A stretch of 64,000 nucleotides of DNA from Candidatus Latescibacterota bacterium (GCA_965248265.1 CBDFJF010000001.1:1440001-1504000); one strand, 5' to 3'. Shown: positions 38,074 through 48,213, counted from the first letter of the stretch. The notes: generated by a model not told the origin, from the sequence alone. Program-made: numbers and translations.

Positions 38074-38937
38074 TTAGCCCTGGCCCTGTTCGACCCGATC
38101 GCGTCGCGTGGTCCTCTCCCCATTCGTGGGTTGTCCCCCCTGGGGAGGTTGGTCAGGTCGGACACCCTCCGGTGGCTCAAACCCGGATCGTTGGCCCGGG
38201 GGGACGTCACCCTGGGTGTCGCCACCCCTTCTCCCTCTGCCACCCCCTGAGCGCTCGGGAAGACTGGCGGGATCGAGAAAACCGGTGCCGGGGTGCAGCT
38301 CACGCCACACGTTCCAGGTCGTGTACACAGAGGGCATTTCGCCTGTCCTCGAACCGGCGTAGTCGCCGGAAATGCTGGTCATGGCGATGTCGCCCTCAAG
38401 ATGATACCAGAGACTCTCCGTCTCCTCGTCGAAGAGCACGAAAGTGTCCTCGTAGAGAATTCCGACAGATGCAAAGGTCAGGATCTGTCCCTCTACCTCG
38501 CGGCTGTACACGGCAGCCAGATTGGCGCGGGGTCAGTAGGCAACAGCGATGTAGTCGTCACCAAAGTGGCCATTGGTTACCTCGATGCCGGTAAGTGCGT
38601 CGAGCGAATAGGCTCGGGCTGAGCCGTTCATGTTCACACCGATAACGACGGAATCGTCGTCGTCCGTCGGGTACCCGGCATCTCCCGGGTACAGCATCCC
38701 TGGATCCGAAACAATGGGAAACGAGCCGATCCCACCGCCTCCAGTAAAGTCGGAAGAGTGCATACCCACCTCATCCCGAGCAAAGGTGAGATCCCACGCC
38801 CTTCCGGTGCGGTCTTCGAAGGTGTCAGGTCCATCTCCGGATGCAAGGACGATCAATTCCTCGGAATGTTGACTGCAACCGATGACCAGTGCGCCAAGAA
38901 CCGCACCGAGGGGAGAGAGCAGGTGACATGACCTCAT
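38074..38937 (-). CDS. DUF3179-family lipoprotein, probable selenoprotein (TGA 38533-38535 read as Sec)
   Basis: ORFs 38533..38937 and 38074..38511 share a frame: VIGV...ARAY...IAVAY-[TGA]-PRANLAAVYSREVEGQILTF...LFDEETESLW. The TGA sits at the Cys of the family YCP motif; lipobox LVIGC. Confidence 0.8.
38495..38532 (-). promoter_or_regulatory. SECIS-like hairpin directly 3' of the in-frame UGA
   Basis: GGCUG/CAGCC stem (38502-38518) with loop CCGUGUA starting 19 nt after UGA; possible lower stem CCCCGCG/CGCGAGG. Confidence 0.6.
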
Positions 38938-38952
38938 CGCTAATTCTCCTTG

Positions 38953-39792
38953 TCAATACGAATACGATATACCCAGTCCCCACGCATGACCGGCGCTCAC
39001 ATTCTCTCCGGCCAACACCGATTCCAGGGAGACCTCCATCCAAAGAGGGCCACGGGCGCGGAATCCCGTGATGAGACCCAGCTTGGTGAAATTCCCTTCG
39101 GAGACCTGCACAAGACCCGGCTCTGCCAATCGGGCATTTCCACTGAGCGTTTTACTGTTCTCCAGGTAGGCCTTGAACGAGAGCCGATTTGAGGGTGTGG
39201 CACCTACCTCTCCGCTGTAGCTGATCTGATTCGAAAAGGGCCCACCGCGAACGCGGTATCCGGCCTCTGTCCCTAGGTAGAGCGGCAAAGGGTAGAATGA
39301 CCGGGCCGCCAGAACTCTTAGCTCAACATCCGCTTCTCCCGTACCCAGCGCCGGGGTGATATCATCGTCGTAGGAGGTGGGGATCTTCACGCTCATATAA
39401 GGGGACAACACGAACGGTTCCCCTACAAGTTCGTACTTGGCGCCGAGCACGACATCACCCAGACCACTCGTGTTTAAACGCAGGACGTTATGGCGAACGT
39501 TGCTGTCCGACCGCAGTGATGACCCACTGAGTTGGGTGATCAAGGTGAGATATTGGGTGAGGCCATATTCGATGTAGAGGAAGCCCTGACTCGCCTGAAA
39601 CTCGGAGCCATAGATCGTGACAGGCTGACGATCGCCGACGTCATCAAACACTTCATCCGAGCGGTAGAAGATGCTGGAGAGTTTGGTGTAGGCGTGACCC
39701 TGCGGTTGCGCCCAGGCGCCAGCCGAGACCAGTCGAGGAATCGCTAATACGACGAGGACTGCTATGAGCTGAAAGAACCTGCGCAGCGTCAT
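38953..39792 (-). CDS. Putative outer-membrane beta-barrel protein
   Basis: GGAGG SD; signal peptide ending AGAWA; YIEYGLT and GLGDVVLGAKY; C-terminal alternating GLGISYSY. Confidence 0.7.
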   Translation of the reverse strand: MTLRRFFQLIAVLVVLAIPRLVSAGAWAQPQGHAYTKLSSIFYRSDEVFDDVGDRQPVTIYGSEFQASQGFLYIEYGLTQYLTLITQLSGSSLRSDSNVRHNVLRLNTSGLGDVVLGAKYELVGEPFVLSPYMSVKIPTSYDDDITPALGTGEADVELRVLAARSFYPLPLYLGTEAGYRVRGGPFSNQISYSGEVGATPSNRLSFKAYLENSKTLSGNARLAEPGLVQVSEGNFTKLGLITGFRARGPLWMEVSLESVLAGENVSAGHAWGLGISYSY

Positions 39793-39885
39793 GGAAAGCC
39801 TCCACCGTGTCGACGTTTGTGCGCATCTCACCAACAAGTGTTAGACCCATGAGGGGGGCGAGACGTTTAATCCTGCCCGAGCAAA

Positions 39886-41199
39886 TCAGGTGCGCCGGCC
39901 AGTGTCAAGGTGGGAGACTTGGGGCAGGCCATCGCAGGCGGATCCACTGAGCAGGGAGCCGCGCCCACGGATGACATCCGCTTCGTCGTTGCTGCGGCGA
40001 AGTAGCAGCAGGACCGGCAGGGCCATCATCGTCACCGCGCCCCCGACGATGTAACCGTCTGCCAAACCACGCATCCGTGACAGGTAACCGAGACCGGCTT
40101 GTCCTGACATGCTGGTGGAACTGCCCAGCATGCTGTCGAAAGAAATGACCGTCGCCCGCTGCTCAGCGGGGATGAGCTGATGGAGGTAAGCCTGTCGAAC
40201 GGGAGCCATGACTCCCATCGCGGCCATGACCACGAGGTACAGGCCGACGGCGAGTTCGAACGAGTCGGCGAGGCCGACCCCGACAGCGGCCAGGGATTGC
40301 GCGATCAGTGCCCACATCATCAGCGTCGTTCGCTTGCCGCAGTACCGCGTGAAAAACTCGACCACTGTGTTGCCAGCGATTCCCGCCAGGGCGATAGCGG
40401 CCGCGATAAAACCAGCTACAGCTACCGCCTTCGGGTTGCCGTAGAGCTCAAGGAAGTAGGGTTGCCAGGCGTGGAATCCCCAGGCGATGAAGGTGTAGGG
40501 GATTGCCGACACCAGCATCAGACGCCGGACGCTGGGCTCTGACCAGCCATAGGAGATGCTGGAGGCTGCGATCCGCTTCATATGACCGCCAAGGGCTGAC
40601 AGGGCTACCCGTTGCGGAGTGAAACCGACATCGCGCATGGCTACTAGGGCGATGGCGAAGACGAGGACGAGCAGGGCGGAACGTACGATGAAGGGCAGAG
40701 ACAGATGCACCGATCCCAGCAGCCCGCCGGCGATCGTGCCGGCCAGCATGGCCACACCGGTAACCATCGAACTGCGGGCGAAGACGCGGTCGAGGTCAGC
40801 GTCGAAGTTCGTCGCTTTCAGGGCGTCGACCAGCCAGGCCTCAACGGCGCCGGAGTAGAACGTGAAGCCCAGGCCGAGGACGACGGACATCACAAGGAAG
40901 AGGACGAGGCTTCCTCCAGTGGCTGCTACACCAACGTACCCCAGAGTCCCCAGGAACATGACGACCAGACTCAGCAAGAAGGAAAGTCGGCGTCCACGCG
41001 TGTCGGCGACCACGCCAGTGGGCACCTCGAACAGCGCCATGCTGCCTGTGAAAACGGCATTGGCGAGAAAGACCTCGAGGATGTCGAGTCCGGCGTCGAG
41101 CAGAAAGAGGGTGTTGACACCCCAGATCAGCGATGCCGAAAGCGTGTAGAGGGCGGCGATAAGCAGGTAGATGCGTATGACAGTTCGATGCGATTTCAT
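39886..41199 (-). CDS. MFS transporter
   Basis: FEVPTGVVADTRGRR motif A; SGAVEAW; about 12 TM. Confidence 0.9.
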   Translation of the reverse strand: MKSHRTVIRIYLLIAALYTLSASLIWGVNTLFLLDAGLDILEVFLANAVFTGSMALFEVPTGVVADTRGRRLSFLLSLVVMFLGTLGYVGVAATGGSLVLFLVMSVVLGLGFTFYSGAVEAWLVDALKATNFDADLDRVFARSSMVTGVAMLAGTIAGGLLGSVHLSLPFIVRSALLVLVFAIALVAMRDVGFTPQRVALSALGGHMKRIAASSISYGWSEPSVRRLMLVSAIPYTFIAWGFHAWQPYFLELYGNPKAVAVAGFIAAAIALAGIAGNTVVEFFTRYCGKRTTLMMWALIAQSLAAVGVGLADSFELAVGLYLVVMAAMGVMAPVRQAYLHQLIPAEQRATVISFDSMLGSSTSMSGQAGLGYLSRMRGLADGYIVGGAVTMMALPVLLLLRRSNDEADVIRGRGSLLSGSACDGLPQVSHLDTGRRT

Positions 41200-41229
41200 A
41201 ATTGACCAGAAGCCTCACCCCCGACGGGC

Positions 41230-41673
41230 TCAGATAAGCAGAGAGCCGGCATTCACGTGCAGTGTGGCGCCATTGATGTAAGTGGAGCGCTCGGACACCA
41301 GGAATAACACCGCGTCCGCTAACTCTCTCGGGGTGCCTTGACGTTTCAGCGTCGACGCTTCGGCGAACTTCCTTTTCTCGTGGTCGCCGAAGCTGTCAGT
41401 GATCGGTGTGTCGATGGTTCCTGGTGCAATAGCGTTGGCCAGAATTCCCTCGAGGGCAAATTCCTGAAGTTCGTCAGCCACATCCGTCTCAACCACCGAA
41501 CACTTGGTCTGAGAATTGTCCTCGACGAGTCTTCGCGTCTTCTCAGCGCCTGCAGCGTCCACATCCGCGATGACGATCCCATTGGCGCCGGCTTCTGCCA
41601 GGACTTCGGCCACGGCGCGGCCGATACCGGACCCTGCTCCCGTGACGATGGCCGTTTTTCCGGAGATATCCAT
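41230..41673 (-). pseudogene. SDR oxidoreductase with in-frame internal deletion
   Basis: TGAGSGIG...TDVADE is joined directly to LQEFALEGILANAIAPG; NNAG, catalytic Ser and YxxxK are absent; 147 aa. Confidence 0.8.
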
Positions 41674-41890
41674 GGAGACGATAAACGGGGTTCTCGAAAG
41701 CACTGACAAGGGGATAGGTGTACGGCGCTTCACACGACACACCCCACCGTCTTGACCAGATCCATTCTCGAAAGCTAGATTGGCAAACTCGCCTGCAGAA
41801 CCTGACAACCAAGCTCCGGGCAATGCAATCACACCCAGCTGCGCCTGCTGCGTAAGATGGAAACCCGCGAGTACTACTTAGTGAGTACCC

Positions 41891-43420
41891 ATGGAATTTG
41901 ATGGATGGTGCAGCCTGTGGCGGCGCCTGCGCGTGGGTCTGAGTCTGCTCTTCGGGCTGCGAGGACACGATTTTCGCGCCGGCCGCAGTTACATGAACCT
42001 GGCCTATGGCCAGCACCCGTGGCCGGTCAGGATACTGCGCATGTGCGGTTGGACACTGGATCAAGTGTTCGGCACCATCCCCGAGGCCCTCACTTCAGTG
42101 ACCTTCGCGGACCGGGTGTCGAAGACGCCGATCTGGCTGGCAAACGGGAATCCGCTGGCCAATCATCCCTGGGAGACTGATGCGCAGGCGCGCTTGCCCG
42201 AGGAGGTACACACAGTCATCATCGGCGCCGGGATGACGGGTGCCAGTTGCGCCTATCACTGGTCCAAACTGGCGGGTGATGAGACCTCCGTAGTGCTTGA
42301 GATGGAGGATCCGGCCTGGGGCGCCAGCGGCCGCAACGAGGGACTGGTGGTGATGGGGCGCTACTTCGCCATGGTACACAATTCGGTGCGGCGTCATCTA
42401 GAGAGAGCGCGACCGCAGCTGAAAGCCGATGAGCGAGGGCAACTCTCATCTCAGTTCGCTGCCGCGTACTGCCGCAGCGCCTACAAAAACGCCGACTTGA
42501 TCGAACAGACGATCCGCGATGAGGGGTTCGAGTGCGAGTACGAGCGCAATGGCTGGATTCAGGCCAATAACCAGGCGGGCCAGCCGGCGTTGCGCGGCTC
42601 GATCGAGGCCGGGACTGAACACGGCTTCGACGACTGGACTTCGCTTACACCGCAGGAGGTGTGGGAGAAGGGGGGAATGAAGGTCGAGGCCCCGGCCGGC
42701 TTTTCTCGGCGGGCAGCGTCTTTCCACCCGGCCAAGTGGGTCTGGTGTCTGTTGCGCAAGGCGATGGAGAAACCGAACCTGCAGCTCTTTTCGCGCACCA
42801 AGGTGACCGGGGTCGAGGAGGATGGTGAGGCCTACTACCTCGTGCACACTGAACGCGGCACCATAAGGACGCAAGCGATCATCAACGCAGTCGAGTCCCA
42901 TACGGCGCTGCTGCACAAGCGCTACGGAGAGTTCATCCACCCTGTGCAGACGCAGGCAGCGTCCGGCGCCGGCGGGCCCGAGAGCATGAAACCGCATGTC
43001 GGGTTGAGCGGAAGACGTGGGTTCTTCGGGCGTCATGGCGACGACGAGGTTTTGGTCGGTTCGGACTCCTCACGCATACCAGCGCACAGGGCCAACTGCA
43101 ACAATCCCTCGCGCTTCCTCACCAAGTTCCTGATGGGAGAGCTACACAAATACTTCGGCCGCAGCCGCGTGCACGTGACCCACGAGTGGAGCGGCACGCC
43201 CGGTTTTACCGATGACGAGTTTCCGGTGGTCGGGCTGTTGGATGGCAAGAGCCAGTACATCATCGGAGGCATGTGCGGGTCGGGAACGGGGGTGTCGTTC
43301 AACGCGGCGCGGCACATCGTCCAGCAGATCCTCGAACTGGACGGGCCCGACGATTATCCGGCAGCATACTTCGCACCCAGCCGTTTGCTGGACCCGGGGA
43401 ACCATCCCTGGCCGGCTTGA
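41891..43420 (+). CDS. FAD-dependent oxidoreductase (DAO / glycine oxidase-like)
   Basis: IIGAGMTG, GASGRNEG, FHPAK, WSGTPGFT.D.FPVVG, GSG. Confidence 0.85.
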   Translation: MEFDGWCSLWRRLRVGLSLLFGLRGHDFRAGRSYMNLAYGQHPWPVRILRMCGWTLDQVFGTIPEALTSVTFADRVSKTPIWLANGNPLANHPWETDAQARLPEEVHTVIIGAGMTGASCAYHWSKLAGDETSVVLEMEDPAWGASGRNEGLVVMGRYFAMVHNSVRRHLERARPQLKADERGQLSSQFAAAYCRSAYKNADLIEQTIRDEGFECEYERNGWIQANNQAGQPALRGSIEAGTEHGFDDWTSLTPQEVWEKGGMKVEAPAGFSRRAASFHPAKWVWCLLRKAMEKPNLQLFSRTKVTGVEEDGEAYYLVHTERGTIRTQAIINAVESHTALLHKRYGEFIHPVQTQAASGAGGPESMKPHVGLSGRRGFFGRHGDDEVLVGSDSSRIPAHRANCNNPSRFLTKFLMGELHKYFGRSRVHVTHEWSGTPGFTDDEFPVVGLLDGKSQYIIGGMCGSGTGVSFNAARHIVQQILELDGPDDYPAAYFAPSRLLDPGNHPWPA

Positions 43421-43551
43421 GGCCATTTAGAGACTGGAGGTCGGACTGGACGGCACTTCCGGACTACGCAGGATCGGACACAATCCCATTGACCTTCTTC
43501 TGGCGATCGATCCACGTCAGGCTTGCTGATTGACAGTCATATGCCTGCTTG

Positions 43552-45033
43552 TTAGGAGCAACAACTGGCGTCCCGTGGCAATCCAATCCTCAAGTGCTGC
43601 GGTCCGGAGGCGTCGGCAGGAATGATAGCTTCCTCTTGTTCTACATCGTTTAAGAGGGCAAAGGAATCGTCGTCAGTGGTCTCGACGGCGACCGAGATCG
43701 TCGCGTCGCGATACTGCAATCCCGAGATCGACATATGTGTGATTGCTGCTGGCGCATAGGGGGAGAAAGCGACGCCCGGTTTGCCGACGCGCAGTCCAAA
43801 CAGGGTAGACAAGACCATCTGAATGTACCCGGTAGCACACCATGTCTGGCGAATGCACGAATTGAATTCTACGGGGTCGTCCGATATGGGCAGAAGCGGG
43901 TGGACATCCGGATAAACGCCGGGATTCTCTTGCAGTCCGCCGTATCGCTCACCCGTGAGCGGATGGTACAACTCGGAAAATTGCACATCTCTACAGGCTT
44001 TCTGAGCCAGTGATTCGAGCTCAAACCACCCCAGGTCTCGCCGTCCGTTGCGAGATGCAGCAAGAACCCACATCGCATTGACTTGTGGCCAGATGGTCCC
44101 GGAATGGCGTCCGAACGAAGTGCCTTCCACGTTGGTGTACCTGTCGTACGTCGGCCACACACAGGGTATGCCGTGTTCCGTTATGTGCGTGTTTTCGAAA
44201 ATTGATTTCGCACGCGTTTCATCGGCAATACCAAAAAGAAGGGTAAAGGCGTGTCCCATGCCTTCCTGCCTGTCGGGATCATCCTTGGCATCGACGAGAT
44301 AGCTGTACGTGCCGCGCTCCGCATTCCAGAAAATCTGGTTGATCGCTTCTTTGAGGCGTTCGGCTTTGACCGACCATTCGGGCTCGACTGGAGACTGGAG
44401 TTCCCCAGCCATCTCGGGCAGCAGGCGATACGCGTTGTAATACAGACAGTTGGTGGACAGTGCCTTCATGGGAAGGCCGTATCCAGTCGGTACTCTGAGT
44501 TCGGGATGATTCACGACCCAATCCAGAATCCCGGGGGAGGGGCTATCGGCAAAGTAGTCCGAAAAAGCTGCCACGCCATCTTGAAAACTGGCCGGGCCGC
44601 GAAACAGACCATCGTCCGAGTCGAACTCCGTCTCTTCGAAGAATCGTATCGAGTTCACGGCAACTTCGAATGCTGTCGACAGGAAGTTGCTGTCATTCGT
44701 GCACAGGTAATGATTCCACGCCGACGTCACCCAGAGGATGGCGTCCCAGTACTGTCCGCCGATGCGCATGCCCCACTTGTCCCGGGTGAGGGCAGACAGC
44801 AGCGTATTCCTGGCCACTTGTGGTGTGAACAAACTTCCGGCGAACCATGAGTTGAAGGCCCCGTCCCGCGTCCAGGGTTTGTTGTATTCGAGTCCCGCAA
44901 GTATGCAGGGTGTCGGGTGCTCATCGAGCTCTCCCTGCCAGGGTTGTATGTTGCCGCGAAAGTCGCCGATGGCGATGCGAAATGCCCTGTCAACGACGGG
45001 ATTGTCTGTTCTCAGCGCGATCGCGTCATTCAT
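43552..45033 (-). CDS. (alpha/alpha)6 glycoside hydrolase (amylo-alpha-1,6-glucosidase-like)
   Basis: WTRDGAFN, ALSTNCLYY, AINQIFW, GTIWP, ELYHP, QTW. Confidence 0.75.
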   Translation of the reverse strand: MNDAIALRTDNPVVDRAFRIAIGDFRGNIQPWQGELDEHPTPCILAGLEYNKPWTRDGAFNSWFAGSLFTPQVARNTLLSALTRDKWGMRIGGQYWDAILWVTSAWNHYLCTNDSNFLSTAFEVAVNSIRFFEETEFDSDDGLFRGPASFQDGVAAFSDYFADSPSPGILDWVVNHPELRVPTGYGLPMKALSTNCLYYNAYRLLPEMAGELQSPVEPEWSVKAERLKEAINQIFWNAERGTYSYLVDAKDDPDRQEGMGHAFTLLFGIADETRAKSIFENTHITEHGIPCVWPTYDRYTNVEGTSFGRHSGTIWPQVNAMWVLAASRNGRRDLGWFELESLAQKACRDVQFSELYHPLTGERYGGLQENPGVYPDVHPLLPISDDPVEFNSCIRQTWCATGYIQMVLSTLFGLRVGKPGVAFSPYAPAAITHMSISGLQYRDATISVAVETTDDDSFALLNDVEQEEAIIPADASGPQHLRIGLPRDASCCS

Positions 45034-45098
45034 AGTATGCTCCAGAAGGGACTCTCAGGTGCCGGAGACCGAGCAAGAACGGACGGGGGTCGGAGACG

Positions 45099-46160
45099 CT
45101 AGCTCTCACGGATGTAGATCGGGTTCGCGAAGGCCTTTCGGTTGTCCCTGGCAAAGCACTCGACGCGAATGTAGGACCTTCCGCCCCTGAATTTCATCTT
45201 GTAGGACCCCTTCACGACCTGCTCGTGTTTGGGCCACAGGTCTTTGACGACCTTGCCGTCCGCAACAATGCGCACGCGTTGCAGCCCCAGACTGTCAACG
45301 CATTCGTAGCGCACCTCGACACTACTGCCCTTCTTGCGCTTGAGGAGGTCGCCCATCTGCGAGCGACCGCATCTCAATTTGATGAAAGGCGCATCCGAAG
45401 CGAAGAAATGGCCAGCCCAAAAGGCCGCCAGCACATTCTTTTTGGTCAACCGGTCCACGAAGACGCCGTTCCATACATCCCCGATAGCCTGGGGCAGGTG
45501 GGCATCAGTGTTGCCCATGCCGCGAACGACCTTCCCCTGGCACAGGTGCTTGTCCCAGAGCCCAACGGCCCACTCATCCGTGATGTCGAAGCAGTCGAAG
45601 ATGTTGTTGGCTCCGTTGATCAGTTCCATGGTGAAGTCGTCGCCCAGCAGATTGAGGGCATCGATCTGCTTTTTGGTGTACCGCCGGTTGGGGAACCAGC
45701 CATTGGGGTGAGGGATAAACGGAAAACCTCCGAGGGCGATGGTCGCGTTGTAGTCTTTGACGAGATCGTGCTTGACGGTGTATTTCCTGTCCAGTCCCAA
45801 AATGCCAAGGTGGTGATGCTGGGTGCCCGGCTCCTGTCCCCACCACATGTTCTTGTAGTTGACGCACTCGACCTTCTGCCTCACTGTCTGGTGGTCGGTC
45901 AGAAAGAAGAAGTCCAACCCGGCTTTCTCCACCCACCCGGCAATCTCGGGAACTGTGCCGATGCCATCGCTGTAGGTCGAGTGGCTGTGACAATCCCCGC
46001 GCCGGACCACGAATCCGGCCAATTTTCGGGTCTGCTCGATGCGCTCCCGCATGGCATCCTTCCAGTAGCCGATGACGGTGTCGGGATAGTTGAGGCGTTT
46101 TTCGACAAGCCTTTTCAACTTGTACTGACGCGCGCGATCCCGGGCAGTTCGACTGGCCAT
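45099..46160 (-). CDS. PHP-domain (CehA/McbA-like) metallohydrolase
   Basis: GDCHSHSTYSDG, LTDH, HP, GNTDAH, YIRVE...ANPIY. Confidence 0.85.
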   Translation of the reverse strand: MASRTARDRARQYKLKRLVEKRLNYPDTVIGYWKDAMRERIEQTRKLAGFVVRRGDCHSHSTYSDGIGTVPEIAGWVEKAGLDFFFLTDHQTVRQKVECVNYKNMWWGQEPGTQHHHLGILGLDRKYTVKHDLVKDYNATIALGGFPFIPHPNGWFPNRRYTKKQIDALNLLGDDFTMELINGANNIFDCFDITDEWAVGLWDKHLCQGKVVRGMGNTDAHLPQAIGDVWNGVFVDRLTKKNVLAAFWAGHFFASDAPFIKLRCGRSQMGDLLKRKKGSSVEVRYECVDSLGLQRVRIVADGKVVKDLWPKHEQVVKGSYKMKFRGGRSYIRVECFARDNRKAFANPIYIRES

Positions 46161-46370
46161 GGTTCGTCCTTTCTTCAGAATTCGGATTTACAATTCACAA
46201 CAGGGGCAAATCCTCCAAAAACAAAACCCGGTCCTGAATCCACGTCAATAGGCACCTGCACGACGAAGTTTCGCGACCCGTCTCGAAGTGGCGGTTGTTG
46301 ATCCTGGACACCAGTCGCGGTTGGCAGTGCGATAGAATACCGGCTGTACGTACCAATTGGAGACCACAAT

Positions 46371-47282
46371 ATGACCACCTCGATGCCGCAGGGCGATACC
46401 CTCGTGCTCACCCCCGAACAACAACGGCAATTCGACGAGGACGGCTTCTTCCTGGTCGAGGACGCGCTCTCACCGAACGAAATCGAGACCCTACTGGGCG
46501 TCACGGACGAGCTCTACGAGCGCTACCGACGCGAGCGCGATCTCGGGCCTTACGAGGCCTTTCAAATGCGCAACATCGTCGCCCAACACCCCTGTTTTCT
46601 CGACCTGATGGAGCATCAAACCATGCTGCCCCTGGTCGTGGATGTGATGGGGTTCAACATCCAACTGCGAACTTCGCACCTGGATGTTCGTCCGCCTCAG
46701 GAGCCTGAGGTCGTTGCCCAAGAACTCGGAGCCAAAGACGGTTTCTTCCCCTGGCACTCCGACCAGCCCGACTACGGATGGCCGAGCGTCGATGGCGTCG
46801 TCCCATATATGGAGATGAAGATCGGCTATTACCTGACCGACCTCACTGAGCACAACAGCGGCGCCATCTGTTTCGTACGGGGAAGCCATCGCGTCTCACC
46901 ATGGATCACCAGCAATGGCGAACAGATCGCCGATCCCGACCGCGTGTTCGAGGCCAACGTGCGTCCGGGAACCGCCTTGGTCTGGCGCACTGCCCTCTAC
47001 CACTGCCTTACTCCGAATTGTTCCGCAAACGCCCGCAGGTGCCTCTACTACGGCTACCACCACCGCTGGATCCGCCCCTCTGATTTTCATCACCAATCGC
47101 CGAAATTGCTGGCCAAACGTACTCCGATTCAACTGCAATTATTGGGAGAACTCGGTACTGGCAAGAAGAACTACGCCGGGGATGATGCCGAGGTCGCGCC
47201 CGTCTCCCGCTACTGGCGTCCGCGGGACGAAGACATCCCGCTCAAGGCCTGGACACAGGAGCAGCTCGCACGGAAAGGCTGA
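46371..47282 (+). CDS. PhyH family Fe(II)/2OG dioxygenase
   Basis: FDEDGFFLV, WHSD, GAICFVRGSH, LYH...N.S..ARR. Confidence 0.9.
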   Translation: MTTSMPQGDTLVLTPEQQRQFDEDGFFLVEDALSPNEIETLLGVTDELYERYRRERDLGPYEAFQMRNIVAQHPCFLDLMEHQTMLPLVVDVMGFNIQLRTSHLDVRPPQEPEVVAQELGAKDGFFPWHSDQPDYGWPSVDGVVPYMEMKIGYYLTDLTEHNSGAICFVRGSHRVSPWITSNGEQIADPDRVFEANVRPGTALVWRTALYHCLTPNCSANARRCLYYGYHHRWIRPSDFHHQSPKLLAKRTPIQLQLLGELGTGKKNYAGDDAEVAPVSRYWRPRDEDIPLKAWTQEQLARKG

Positions 47283-47350
47283 GTTTCCTTAGGCCTCTCC
47301 GTCCAGCAGTCGCTGCACCATCTTCTTGCGGTGCTGTTCCGTGGCCATGG

Positions 47351-47380
47351 TTGACACCTCAACCGCTGGCGCTTTAGACT
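47351..47380 (+). promoter_or_regulatory. Putative sigma70 promoter
   Basis: TTGACA-N18-TAGACT, 55 nt upstream of ATG 47436. Confidence 0.5.
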
Positions 47381-47435
47381 TTTGCCTTCCCGTCAAACCA
47401 CACCGAACCAAGAAAAGCTGCAGCAGGAGGAGAAC

Positions 47436-48179
47436 ATGGCACCCAAAGAAAACATTGGCCAGGTCACACAAGCCCGTCGAAACGGCAGAGGCCCGGCCAT
47501 CTGGCTGGCCGGTGACCCGGATGACCTGAAAGAGTGGATGCCGCTGGGGATCGCCGGCATCGTTACGAATACGGTGGTACTGAACCAGCTCATGCCGAAA
47601 TACAAGACGGTAATCGGCCTCATCGACAAGTACCTCGGAATGACCGATAAGCCCGTCGTCGTCGAGATCGATGGTCACTCGATAGAAGAGCTGTTGGAAG
47701 TCGGCAGGGTCTTCACCAAGATGTCCGATAACGTCATCCTCAAGATTCCCTGCGGCGTCCTTGGCCTCAAGGCATTCGCCGCCTTCAAGGAAGAGGGAGT
47801 CGAGACCTATTGCACCACCGTGTTTTCGCTGACCCAGGCTGCCGCGGTTGCCCAGGCCGGCGTCGACCATATCCTTCCGTTCTGCGAACCCGTCAAGGAA
47901 GCCGGTGGGGACCCGACGCTACTCGTTCGAGAGTGTGCCAAGATGTTCAGCGGCTGGGAGCATCGACCGTTCATCCAGGCCGCCCTGGTGCGCTCAGTGG
48001 AGACGGCCCACGCCGCCTTCCGCGACGGCGCCGATGAGCTCGTAACGTTCTGGGGCGTCTACAAGGACATGATGGAGCACCCGTTCACGACCCAGTGGAA
48101 CAAGACCTTCCTGGATGAGTGGGTGACCATGCATGAGAACGGCAACCTCGAAGGAGTACCGGTCACGCTCAAGCACTAA
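47436..48179 (+). CDS. Transaldolase / fructose-6-phosphate aldolase family, divergent
   Basis: AGGAGGAG SD; GIVTN, NVILKIP (Schiff-base Lys), TTVFSLTQA, HPFT...FLDEW. Confidence 0.8.
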   Translation: MAPKENIGQVTQARRNGRGPAIWLAGDPDDLKEWMPLGIAGIVTNTVVLNQLMPKYKTVIGLIDKYLGMTDKPVVVEIDGHSIEELLEVGRVFTKMSDNVILKIPCGVLGLKAFAAFKEEGVETYCTTVFSLTQAAAVAQAGVDHILPFCEPVKEAGGDPTLLVRECAKMFSGWEHRPFIQAALVRSVETAHAAFRDGADELVTFWGVYKDMMEHPFTTQWNKTFLDEWVTMHENGNLEGVPVTLKH

Positions 48180-48187
48180 CTGGTTTG

Positions 48188-48213
48188 GCGGGCACCCCAC
48201 GGCGGGTGCTCGC
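48188..48213. terminator. GC-rich hairpin between convergent genes
   Basis: GCGGGCACCC-CACGGC-GGGTGCTCGC (10 bp, one G-U); no U-tract. Confidence 0.4.

Noticed and set aside
43430-43530. Possible receiver-domain remnant (LEVGLDGTSGLRRIGHNPIDLLL)
   Set aside because: Too short to distinguish from chance without a search.
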